Sequence record: PQ141284.1
Length of the DNA: 45,491 nucleotides
Source of the DNA: Escherichia phage fEg-Eco06
Reading direction: 5' to 3' (one strand)
This document shows positions 31,860-39,966 of this stretch, piece after piece. Made by a program: the position numbers and the translations under genes. Each line of letters starts with the position of its first letter. Position 1 is the stretch's first letter. The notes under the pieces were generated by a model. The model was not told the DNA's origin. It searched no databases and saw nothing but the letters and a program-made list of their open reading frames with translations.

Positions 31860-33280
31860 TTCTTACCTCGTCTCTTCATGTAATTAAGCAACTCTTCCTG
31901 TACCGATTTCTTCTCGTCAGTACGTGTGGTAACAACCTCGTCCAGCGTGTCTTTAGCGACGATGTGATAGAGGAACACCGGTCGCTCGTGCCCCGCTTGT
32001 TTCTGGCGGACCGGGCCTATACGCTCAACAACCTGCAAATAGTGCTCAAGGTTCCAGCCTTGCGAGATGAACGCCAGATGATGACCCCCGTCCTGTAAAT
32101 TCAAACCATGCCCGGCTGACGCAGGATGCACGCATAAAATCTCGATTTCCCCACGGTTCCACGCTTCCATCTGCTTATTACCCTTCGCACCTTTGGCAAA
32201 TGCCTGGGCCTGCGGGAATCGCTTAAGGATGCGCTCCAGTTCGTGCTTGAACTGATAGGCCACCAGTAACGGCGCGCCCTGTAACTCTTCCACAATGGAC
32301 TCCAGTGCGTCCAGTTTCGTGTCGTGCACTTTCTCCCAGTCTTTGGTTGCTTCGCCGTCAGGGCCAGATACATACACGGCACCGGAGGCAATCTGCAGAC
32401 ACTTCGACGTCTTCGCCGCTGCGTTAGCCGCTTCAACTTCTCCGCTCTCCAGTTCCGCGAATAACTTCTCCTCCATATCTATGTACGCCTGGCGCGCTTT
32501 CTTCGGCAGGTCGATTTCCACCGGTACGATAACAGGCGCTTCACAACCGAACCACTCGGCGGCGTCAATCGTCAGACTGATGTCCTTCATCTTCTGGTGA
32601 ATCTCGTTATCTGCACCAGGGCGGGCGTGATATTCACGTGCCATCGCAGATTTTCCTTTCTGTACCGAATTAAACCAGCGGTCGGTGAATGCTGTATACG
32701 ACGAACCTAGGCGCTCGCCAGCGTCGATAAACCAGTTCTGGCCCCACAAATCCTTGAGGCCGTTTGGTGACGGTGTACCAGTCAGGTTAATAAAACGCTT
32801 AACCCTTCCGAAAGCCACTTTACTAAGCGCCTTTGCACGCTTGCTACCACCTGAACGGCTGCGGAATGATTTAAGCTTCGTGCTTTCATCTGCAACGATA
32901 ACCGTAAAAGGCCAGTCGTCTTTGCCGTAGTAGTCAATCAGCCACTCGATAACCTCATAGTTCGTGCAAACCACGTTAGCATCTGACTCCAGCGCCGCGA
33001 TGCGGCGCTTCTCTGAACCAGTCGCATCTACAACACGCAGACATGGGAATTGCCATTTCTCTTGCTCTGCAGGCCACGTACCGGATGCAACACGCAACGG
33101 GGCGAGGATTAACACGCGGTCATCTTCTGTAAGCTGCCCGTTGCGAAACAGGCGATTAAGCACCCACATAGTTGAGGAGGTTTTGCCCCCTCCCATGCCG
33201 CACCAGATATTACAGCGCGGGTGTTGCAGCATGAACGAGGTCATGAGCTTCTGATATTCGCGCCTTTTAAACTTACTCAT
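31856..33280 (-). CDS. SNF2/DEAD-like helicase
   Basis: Walker A CGMGGGKTS, DExx box VIVADESTKLKS, and a helicase-C-like C-terminal half (HPASAGHGLNLQ). Confidence 0.8.
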   Translation of the reverse strand: MSKFKRREYQKLMTSFMLQHPRCNIWCGMGGGKTSSTMWVLNRLFRNGQLTEDDRVLILAPLRVASGTWPAEQEKWQFPCLRVVDATGSEKRRIAALESDANVVCTNYEVIEWLIDYYGKDDWPFTVIVADESTKLKSFRSRSGGSKRAKALSKVAFGRVKRFINLTGTPSPNGLKDLWGQNWFIDAGERLGSSYTAFTDRWFNSVQKGKSAMAREYHARPGADNEIHQKMKDISLTIDAAEWFGCEAPVIVPVEIDLPKKARQAYIDMEEKLFAELESGEVEAANAAAKTSKCLQIASGAVYVSGPDGEATKDWEKVHDTKLDALESIVEELQGAPLLVAYQFKHELERILKRFPQAQAFAKGAKGNKQMEAWNRGEIEILCVHPASAGHGLNLQDGGHHLAFISQGWNLEHYLQVVERIGPVRQKQAGHERPVFLYHIVAKDTLDEVVTTRTDEKKSVQEELLNYMKRRGKK

Positions 33281-34202
33281 TTACTGCCCCCATGAATGCC
33301 TTTATAAATTCAGCGGCTACTTGCGGGACGATGGCATTGCCATAACCGCGCAATCGTCCCACTCTGGCGGGTATCCCATTAGCCAGCGGGAATGTGCCGG
33401 GTTCAACTGGCCTGAATTTTCCATCCCGGCATCCGAGCCAGTCTGCCTCTGACCAGAAGCCGTGATGCGGATTGGTCGCGATATTTTCAGTCCCTGCTCC
33501 GTTGAGTAGTCCAGCCTGTCGAAAGTCCGGTCCTTTCCGTCCTTGCGAATCACTGTCTCTCCGCTCCCTCTGTAATCGTTCGCGGTCGGCGTCGCCCATG
33601 CCGTCATCGCGGCGGCCCACCCCAGTTTGTTCGGTTTCGTCCTGCCGTCTGTGCTGCGCATGTTCACGTCGTTTGTTATCAGTGATACTGCTGGCGTGGG
33701 CCAATCTATGCGCGCCGAAGAAAAGTCGGTCGCGTTTGTGCGGTGCGCCGACGCTACAAGCCGGGAGTACGGCAAACCCGACGGCGTAGTTTTCTCCTTC
33801 CAGGTGAGTTTGTAAATCGCACATCCACGATTTTGCAATTGCTGGCGCAACCTGCTCCCCAAAGAGGACTGGAGGGCAGCACTCGCTGATGAGGTCGAGG
33901 AACACAGGTGCGAGGTGTCTCGGGTCGAACTGTCCGAGTTGCTTTCCCGCTGCGCTAAACGGTTGGCAAGGCGGGCTTCCCGTCCAGAGAGGCGCATCTT
34001 CCGGAACTCCCGCAAGTCTGAGCGCGAGAGGCCAGCCGCCGATACCAGCGAAAAAATGACACTGGGTGAATCCGTCGAGGTCTTCTGGCTTAACTTCAGT
34101 AATGCTTCTTTCATCTACAACTCCAAAAGGTATGTGACCCTGTTTTATTAATTCACGCAGCCACGCGGCTGCGCCTTTATCCCATTCGTTGTAATAGTTC
34201 AT
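33273..34202 (-). CDS. DNA (cytosine-5)-methyltransferase
   Basis: Motif I FFAGIGGW, motif IV GSPPCQPFS, motif VI FGEQV, motif VIII APHKRDRLFF and motif X YGNAIVPQVA. The central region is highly charged. Confidence 0.8.
   Translation of the reverse strand: MNYYNEWDKGAAAWLRELIKQGHIPFGVVDERSITEVKPEDLDGFTQCHFFAGIGGWPLALRLAGVPEDAPLWTGSPPCQPFSAAGKQLGQFDPRHLAPVFLDLISECCPPVLFGEQVAPAIAKSWMCDLQTHLEGENYAVGFAVLPACSVGAPHKRDRLFFGAHRLAHASSITDNKRREHAQHRRQDETEQTGVGRRDDGMGDADRERLQRERRDSDSQGRKGPDFRQAGLLNGAGTENIATNPHHGFWSEADWLGCRDGKFRPVEPGTFPLANGIPARVGRLRGYGNAIVPQVAAEFIKAFMGAVNE
33317..34114 (-). CDS. overprinted alternative-frame ORF within the methyltransferase gene (WPTP / LMGYPPEW motif protein)
   Basis: 265 codons on the same strand in a different frame. 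GGAG lies 8 nt upstream of ATG 34114. The C-terminal ~190 aa read SAALQSSLGSRL...YKLTWKEKTTPSG...DWPTP...AWATPTANDYRGSG...LNPAHSRWLMGYPPEWDDC. Confidence 0.45.
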   Translation of the reverse strand: MKEALLKLSQKTSTDSPSVIFSLVSAAGLSRSDLREFRKMRLSGREARLANRLAQRESNSDSSTRDTSHLCSSTSSASAALQSSLGSRLRQQLQNRGCAIYKLTWKEKTTPSGLPYSRLVASAHRTNATDFSSARIDWPTPAVSLITNDVNMRSTDGRTKPNKLGWAAAMTAWATPTANDYRGSGETVIRKDGKDRTFDRLDYSTEQGLKISRPIRITASGQRQTGSDAGMENSGQLNPAHSRWLMGYPPEWDDCAVMAMPSSRK

Positions 34203-34390
34203 TTTGCCACCAGAACTAACTCTTTACGCCCGAACGCCGTAACGTTACCGGTTACATCTTCGATAACCAGTTTACCGTTCGACTCGACGTACACCGTATC
34301 AACGGCAACAGGCCGACGGGTCTTAACGTTGAAAATCATGTCGCCAGGTACGATGTCGCGTGCTGGTTTGCGGTCATATTCGTGTTTCAT
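34199..34390 (-). CDS. hypothetical protein
   Basis: 63-aa ORF with a promoter upstream. ATGA coupling to the methyltransferase gene. Confidence 0.55.
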   Translation of the reverse strand: MKHEYDRKPARDIVPGDMIFNVKTRRPVAVDTVYVESNGKLVIEDVTGNVTAFGRKELVLVAK

Positions 34391-34420
34391 TTCTCAATTC
34401 CTTATATTGTTGGTGTAGGA

Positions 34421-34708
34421 CTAACTATAATAGTTCGCTATTAGGGCGTCAACCTGTTTAAACGAACCAACGACAAAAACATTAGCACCACGCTTACGCA
34501 TCCGCTCGTGCTCCCGTAACTGGTGTGGATCCGGCTTCGTGCTTTCGTCTTTCTTTATCTCGACGAACCAGATGACGCCGCCGGGGAGAATTACCAGCAG
34601 GTCAGGGGCGCCGGAACGTCCTTCGTAGGAAAGTTTACGAACGAGGCCACCAATGGCCTCGAATCGGTCTTTTGCGTATTTCTGTATTTTGCCCTCAGGC
34701 GTACTCAT
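34421..34708 (-). CDS. VRR-NUC domain nuclease
   Basis: GAPDLLVILPGGVIWFVEIKK supplies the D...E-x-K of PD-(D/E)XK. ATG 34708 lies behind GAGGGG. Confidence 0.7.
   Translation of the reverse strand: MSTPEGKIQKYAKDRFEAIGGLVRKLSYEGRSGAPDLLVILPGGVIWFVEIKKDESTKPDPHQLREHERMRKRGANVFVVGSFKQVDALIANYYS
34424..34452 (-). promoter_or_regulatory. promoter, TTGAC(A/G)-N17-TATAGT family
   Basis: On the minus strand: TTGACG (34452-34447), 17 nt, TATAGT (34429-34424). Shares its AATAG...CTATTATAGTT core with 37842-37870 and 40764-40792. Confidence 0.55.
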
Positions 34709-34793
34709 CCACACACCCCTCACGTTTCGTATGCGCAATACCACAGCGCGGACAGATCCGGCGGTCTTCTTCGTAGAACCAGTAAATTTTCAT
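34695..34793 (-). CDS. tiny Cys-containing peptide (32 aa)
   Basis: Hand translation gives MKIYWFYEEDRRICPRCGIAHTKREGCVDEYA*. ATGA-coupled upstream and overlaps the VRR-NUC start. Confidence 0.3.
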   Translation of the reverse strand: MKIYWFYEEDRRICPRCGIAHTKREGCVDEYA

Positions 34794-34921
34794 TCCAGCA
34801 CCCACAGATAAATTGTTACTAACATACCTAATACGGCAACCATCATGCCGTATTGACCCTCGTGACAGTAGACACCGGCGGCGAATCCCGCCAGTACCGC
34901 AATAATCAGTTTACTTGGCAT
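34790..34921 (-). CDS. tiny membrane peptide (43 aa)
   Basis: Hand translation gives MPSKLIIAVLAGFAAGVYCHEGQYGMMVAVLGMLVTIYLWVLE*. Its start overlaps the polymerase stop. Confidence 0.35.
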   Translation of the reverse strand: MPSKLIIAVLAGFAAGVYCHEGQYGMMVAVLGMLVTIYLWVLE

Positions 34922-37094
34922 ATCGCTTCATCTCCGCACCTTCAGCTACAAGAGGGAACCCCTCCGCCCATTCCGGCAATTCGCACATCAACCGCTCAAG
35001 CTCTGCTACATTGTATTCCGGTGAATCTGGTGTCTCGCAGATAATCTCATCGTGTACGTGAAGTACAATCGGGTAGCCGTTTGCTTCTACGTTCAGCAGG
35101 GCATTAGCCAGCAAATCACGGCACAATGCCTGAGTGCAGTTTTCCACCAGTTTACCCGAGTAGGTGTACTGGAATCCCCACTGCCTGGTTAACTGATTTT
35201 CACCCTGATACTTGATGCGCACGTTAGTAGAAACTTTTCCGTCTTCGTCTGTCTCTTTTGACACGCTCAACCCGACGCCCGGGTATGACATAACGCGACC
35301 TGACGGCAACGTCATGCGCAACCACCAACCAGCGACTTTGTTGCCGTTGTTGTCTGTTTCTACGTTGCGAGAAAACTTAACCCCGCGAGGGCCAGCGGTG
35401 AACTCTTTCCCCGGATTACGGATTGCTGCCATAGCTGCGTCTTCAATATCACGCCAGAAAGCTACTGTTTCCGGGTGGGACTCCCGCCACATACGCTTAA
35501 TTGCGTCGCATGTACGCCAGACTTTCTTATCAAGAATATATGATGGTCGGTCATCCTTTTCACCCGGACGCGGTGGTCGCTTGGCTTCCTGAATACGCGC
35601 CCACTCGTACCCGCGCGCGGTAGCGGCCCAGATGTGGTCAGGGAAAGTCCCATCCATTGTTTTTGCCATATCTACAAGGTCAAGGCCGAGGTTCTTGGCG
35701 AACTGAACGAAAGCCCCGACACCCCCAGCGTACCCAAGCCCCAACTCACATGCTTTACCAATCTGGCGCAGGTCTTTACGTTCCTTCTTAATGTAATCTG
35801 GTTCCATGCCGAACATCTTGCCCGCCGTTACACAGTAAATATCCAGCCCGGCGCGGAACGTATCTAGCGCGGTTTCTTCGCCTGCCAGCCACGCAAGCCC
35901 GCGACCCTCAACGTTAGAGTAATCGGCGACGACAAACTTATGCCCAGCTTCCGGTATAATGCAGCTACGAACGGTAGATGCCGTCAGCTTGGCTACGTCA
36001 AATCGGCGGTGCGCCCGGCCCTTAAGTAACGCTGAAATGCCTTTATCCAGTTCATCATCGTGATAGTACCCACGCGCCAGGTTCTGTGGCTGGAAGCCTT
36101 TACCCGCGAACCGTAACGTACGCTTTGCCCCACCGTACTGGATACACCCGCGGCGTCGGTCGTCCGACGAGCGGCCTAACAGCAGCGGGTTATATTTCGT
36201 GGACGCTGTTGACGCGGCCCCGAGGCGCATTTCGATAATCGTGCGGGCGTCGTCAGGTAAATCATCATCGGCCAGCAGGTCATTCAGCGTCGACTTCTGT
36301 GCGTTGTGTATGCGGTGTGCGGGGGCCAGTTCACGTAGAATAGGCAGAAAGTCCTTACCGGTAAGCGAGCTGCCGTATTTACGTTGAGCTTCTTCCTGTA
36401 ACTGTGCCTTGTGCTTCTCTACGGCTTCAATCGCGGCTTCCGCCAGTGCGACGTCAACCTTAAATCCGCGGTCGTTGATTAACTGGTCAAGTTCCAGTAC
36501 ACGGTCTTCGAACTCGGAGTTACCCCAACGCGGCAGCTTATGGAAGACTTCACGCATCGCAGTGATGTCGCTCACGGCGTACCTGATGAACATCGCCCAC
36601 TCGTCAGGGTGAGTTTCTGCGGTGTAGCGGCGGATTTTGTAGTTCTTCGGCGTCGGTTTAGAGAAACGCTTAATCAGAGCCTTGCCGCGTTTATCTTTCG
36701 CGTTGTCTGCAGACACGCCCAGCACTTCGCACAGCGCATCAAGAGAACCCGGCAGCGCGTGACGGAACGCCCAAATCATAGTATCAATGGTGTTACTTAC
36801 CGGAATATCAAAGCCCCAGCAGTGTTGTTTCATGATTAGGCGATCGAAAAGTCCACCGTTGTGCCACACCATCTTGATGTGGCTGTTTGGCTTCACCAGA
36901 CGGCGTAACGCGCGGTGCAAATCCCCCGGCATGTCGCTGCCGTCGGTGCAGTCCCATACCTGTACAGGCTCGTCATCAAAAGCATAGGTGCAGATAAGCA
37001 CTTCTGTAGTTGGGTGTTCGGCGTAAGCGTATGAACCGACTTTCTTTAAATCGGCTTCGGAGAATGTTTCAAAGTCCAAGAACAGGTAACTCAT
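34911..37094 (-). CDS. family A DNA polymerase with 3'-5' exonuclease domain
   Basis: Exo I LDFETFS. Motif B-like KACELGLGYAGG. Motif C VLHVHDEIICE. 727 aa. Confidence 0.9.
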   Translation of the reverse strand: MSYLFLDFETFSEADLKKVGSYAYAEHPTTEVLICTYAFDDEPVQVWDCTDGSDMPGDLHRALRRLVKPNSHIKMVWHNGGLFDRLIMKQHCWGFDIPVSNTIDTMIWAFRHALPGSLDALCEVLGVSADNAKDKRGKALIKRFSKPTPKNYKIRRYTAETHPDEWAMFIRYAVSDITAMREVFHKLPRWGNSEFEDRVLELDQLINDRGFKVDVALAEAAIEAVEKHKAQLQEEAQRKYGSSLTGKDFLPILRELAPAHRIHNAQKSTLNDLLADDDLPDDARTIIEMRLGAASTASTKYNPLLLGRSSDDRRRGCIQYGGAKRTLRFAGKGFQPQNLARGYYHDDELDKGISALLKGRAHRRFDVAKLTASTVRSCIIPEAGHKFVVADYSNVEGRGLAWLAGEETALDTFRAGLDIYCVTAGKMFGMEPDYIKKERKDLRQIGKACELGLGYAGGVGAFVQFAKNLGLDLVDMAKTMDGTFPDHIWAATARGYEWARIQEAKRPPRPGEKDDRPSYILDKKVWRTCDAIKRMWRESHPETVAFWRDIEDAAMAAIRNPGKEFTAGPRGVKFSRNVETDNNGNKVAGWWLRMTLPSGRVMSYPGVGLSVSKETDEDGKVSTNVRIKYQGENQLTRQWGFQYTYSGKLVENCTQALCRDLLANALLNVEANGYPIVLHVHDEIICETPDSPEYNVAELERLMCELPEWAEGFPLVAEGAEMKRYAK

Positions 37095-37113
37095 TATTTT
37101 CGACCCTTAGTAA

Positions 37114-37133
37114 AAGGCCCAATGAAGGGCCTT
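37114..37133 (-). terminator. hairpin/attenuator between SSB-like gene and polymerase
   Basis: On the minus strand: AAGGCCC, 6-nt loop, GGGCCTT, then TTTAC. Confidence 0.4.
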
Positions 37134-37152
37134 AGTTAAACAGATTCAGATA

Positions 37153-37782
37153 TTAACCACGGCGACGACGTTCGCGGCGCGGTGCTTCATCTTCTTCGTC
37201 GTCTTCCAGGTCATTGACGCTCGCAGCGACTTTAGAACCGCCGAACGCTTTGCCTTCGCCAACGTATTTAATCGCCAGCAGGTTAACGCCGAGGACTTTG
37301 TATTTCTGGCTGAACCAGATTTCAGCGCTTACGTTAGCTAAGCATCCGCTGTAAACCTGTTCACCTTCAATCTGTTCGCCGTCTACATTGAAGTCCTGCT
37401 CTACCTGAGTCTCGCCTTTTTTAGAGGTTACAATCAGCGGTTGTTTCTGTGCCTTCGCTTTGAAGTAGAAGCCTTCCGGGAAGTCTTCAAACGGATTGTC
37501 GCGCTCAGCAATGTCTTTAATCGCGCATTTATCCATGTGCTTACCTTCGCCGTAGTTGGACTTCATCCACTTCTCGGCAGTGGCAGCACCTAATGCTTCT
37601 TCAACTACAGCATAAACAGTGTCGTAGAGTGCGTCGATTTGAGCATGGTCAGACGGCAGGATGATTGTCGCGCTGTACTGGCCTTTAGTGATTGAGCCAT
37701 CGTCGTTTTCACGGTCTTTTTCGCGTTCGAATACGTTAACCCATGCAGTGTTTACTTTACGCAGATTCAGTTTAATACCCAT
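37153..37782 (-). CDS. ssDNA-binding protein, DUF2815-like
   Basis: 209 aa. Lies between the DUF2800-like nuclease and PolA, the usual position of DUF2815. The C-terminal tail reads DLEDDEEDEAPRRERRRRG. Confidence 0.55.
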   Translation of the reverse strand: MGIKLNLRKVNTAWVNVFEREKDRENDDGSITKGQYSATIILPSDHAQIDALYDTVYAVVEEALGAATAEKWMKSNYGEGKHMDKCAIKDIAERDNPFEDFPEGFYFKAKAQKQPLIVTSKKGETQVEQDFNVDGEQIEGEQVYSGCLANVSAEIWFSQKYKVLGVNLLAIKYVGEGKAFGGSKVAASVNDLEDDEEDEAPRRERRRRG

Positions 37783-37841
37783 CGTGATTTCTCGCTTTTA
37801 AGTTTCAGTTTACTCCGGGATCTGCCCGGCCAGTGATTAGA

Positions 37842-37870
37842 ACTATAATAGCTAACTATTCATGTGTCAA
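37842..37870 (-). promoter_or_regulatory. promoter, TTGACA-N17-TATAGT family
   Basis: On the minus strand: TTGACA (37870-37865), 17 nt, TATAGT (37847-37842). Overlaps the 3' end of the upstream ORF. Confidence 0.55.
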
Positions 37871-38059
37871 ATAAAATTTTGCAATAGGGATTATGTTCTC
37901 GAAATTAAGCATATTGGCCGGTTCGAACTCATCCTCTACAGGGTAGTATCGCATCATGGTACCGTTCAAGAACGTGAACGATTCCGAGTGTAGATACCCA
38001 TCCCAGTGCCATACCATCAAAAAATCTTTATCAGTCGGCATTTCATTTACTTGAATCAT
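37856..38059 (-). CDS. hypothetical protein
   Basis: ATG 38059 (MIQVNEMPTDK...) lies behind GAGGAGG and overlaps the upstream TGA. Track ORF 37856..38089 was trimmed to this start. Confidence 0.55.
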   Translation of the reverse strand: MIQVNEMPTDKDFLMVWHWDGYLHSESFTFLNGTMMRYYPVEDEFEPANMLNFENIIPIAKFYLTHE

Positions 38060-39345
38060 TCTAAATCCTCCTCTGTAACTTGATTCCACTCAGGACGTTT
38101 GTCATCCGCCGTTGCGACGCATGGCGCACCGGGCTTACGGGTAATGAAGTCTTTCAGTTCTTCTTCCGGTACAATTTTAACCGCTTCGGTCGGTGTCATA
38201 AGAACTACCTTTTGCAGCATAGTACCGTACTTCTCGAATACTGCATCGGTATCTTTCCACGCACGATTACCCGGGCGTCCTTCAACCAGTTTATACCCCG
38301 GCACTTTCTTACCGGAATGTAACGCAGCAGCCATAGCTTTCTCAACCTTGTCGATGTGCTGGCGCAACAACGGCAACTTCTCATACTCAGCTACGAGTTG
38401 CTCTGGCGTAAGCTCAAGTGCAAAGTCGTCCTCCAGTTCTTCCGCCAGCCCCGCGTTAACGGTTTTTGTACGCGCTGCGCATTGTTCAGAGAACCGACAC
38501 CACTGACAACCATCTACCGACGGCTTGAAGTCCGACGCTTTCAGGTTCTTTTTACCCCGGAAATAGGCATCAAGAGCCAACAGCGCCCGTTTCTGTGCAA
38601 ACTTAGCGAACAGTTCCAGACCTTCAACCGAGATGTCCCACTCCGATGCACCGCCAGCGTACGGCTGGAAGATGACCAGTCGAACGGTTGTTATGCTATA
38701 ACGTCTCTTGAGTCGGCGATAAACGCCGAGAGCATAAAGCATAAGCTGCTTGTTTTCTTTCGCTTCGACACGATGCCGCCCGGTTTTCAGGTCGCAGATG
38801 ATAAGCATGTGTTCGTCGGTGTTAGCCAGTTCCTGTATGGCAACAAGGTCAGCAGTTCCGAACGTCTCCACAGTTTTAAAAACCCCGGCGTTGCCATCCC
38901 CCGGCTCCCCAGCAACACGAAACATATAGCCAGGATGCAATACCTCAGTAAGATTGACCCGCATTTCCAGCTTAGCGTAAGCCGCTACGTCGATAATCGC
39001 TTTGCAGTAGTCGGTGTACTTGCGCACCTGCTCAATCATGTCCGCCGTAATCAGTACAGCACCTTTCATCGGGCGGATTAGTGCCTTAATCTGGCCTTTG
39101 CCCTCATCCAGCACATAAGCGCCAACTTCACGCTCTAACGGCAACGCAGTTCCGCGAATATAGGCGTTGAGATGGACCTCAGCTATAGTGTGGCACGCAG
39201 TCCCTGTAACGGCGGCTTTACCGGACGTGTTAGGGATATCTTTTTCGCAGGCCAGGGATGCGGCACAACTCAGCCACTTTTTAGCGCCCGATGGCGACAG
39301 TAAGGCGTGAACATCATTATTGCCGCCGCGTTCCTTTAAAATCAT
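38056..39345 (-). CDS. PD-(D/E)XK exonuclease, DUF2800/Cas4-like
   Basis: Motifs ADLVAI...ICDLKTG, and a C-terminal Cys cluster CQWCRFSEQC. ATG 39345 is ATGA-coupled to the upstream gene. Confidence 0.7.
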   Translation of the reverse strand: MILKERGGNNDVHALLSPSGAKKWLSCAASLACEKDIPNTSGKAAVTGTACHTIAEVHLNAYIRGTALPLEREVGAYVLDEGKGQIKALIRPMKGAVLITADMIEQVRKYTDYCKAIIDVAAYAKLEMRVNLTEVLHPGYMFRVAGEPGDGNAGVFKTVETFGTADLVAIQELANTDEHMLIICDLKTGRHRVEAKENKQLMLYALGVYRRLKRRYSITTVRLVIFQPYAGGASEWDISVEGLELFAKFAQKRALLALDAYFRGKKNLKASDFKPSVDGCQWCRFSEQCAARTKTVNAGLAEELEDDFALELTPEQLVAEYEKLPLLRQHIDKVEKAMAAALHSGKKVPGYKLVEGRPGNRAWKDTDAVFEKYGTMLQKVVLMTPTEAVKIVPEEELKDFITRKPGAPCVATADDKRPEWNQVTEEDLE

Positions 39346-39614
39346 ACCCTGCTCTCCCACTGGTCAATTAAATGTCGTGTCTTATGGTCGCAGTGCATAG
39401 CCCACCCATACATCGACTCGAAGACATAAAAATCAGGTTTGGCGAATGTCGTGCGCTTAATCTGCGACACGTGACGGCATATATCTTTAGGTCGTGGTAC
39501 TTTGCCTAAGTACGCCATCTCTTCCATCAGGTGCGAACCGGACGGCGCACGCAACAGCCATAGCGCCTCTGTGTTATCCCGCCTGTCAACGGCGCGGTAG
39601 AGTTGGTAAATCAT
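39342..39614 (-). CDS. hypothetical protein
   Basis: 90-aa ORF, coupled on both sides. Confidence 0.55.
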   Translation of the reverse strand: MIYQLYRAVDRRDNTEALWLLRAPSGSHLMEEMAYLGKVPRPKDICRHVSQIKRTTFAKPDFYVFESMYGWAMHCDHKTRHLIDQWESRV

Positions 39615-39946
39615 TGCGCCTTCTCCTGCATTTTCAGAAAGACAATCATCGCGGCGCGTAGAGGGTTTTTACCGATTACGCATTCGTCTCCAACGTAAAT
39701 CATACTGGTGGCGTCTCCGGTAATACCGTCAATAACCGCATTATCCGGTAAAGCAATCCATTCTGAATTGGTAGCTACAATCGAGATGTTGTTACCGGTG
39801 ATAACAGGCCATGCGTCTTCCACGCGGTTGCAATAATCAACATCACCAGAAGCTAATTCCATCTGATGCCCTCGCGAAACATTGCCGTATAGTGCGCGAC
39901 TAACCCGTGCGTTAATTTCTATGTCTGTTAGATTTTCATATTTCAT
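39611..39946 (-). CDS. DUF2591/NinX-like protein
   Basis: MKYENLTDIEINARVSRAL...VDYCNRVEDAWPVI...KNPLRAAMIVFL follows the DUF2591 pattern as I recall it. Confidence 0.45.
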   Translation of the reverse strand: MKYENLTDIEINARVSRALYGNVSRGHQMELASGDVDYCNRVEDAWPVITGNNISIVATNSEWIALPDNAVIDGITGDATSMIYVGDECVIGKNPLRAAMIVFLKMQEKAQ

Positions 39947-39966
39947 AATTCCGACCCTCAGTTAAA

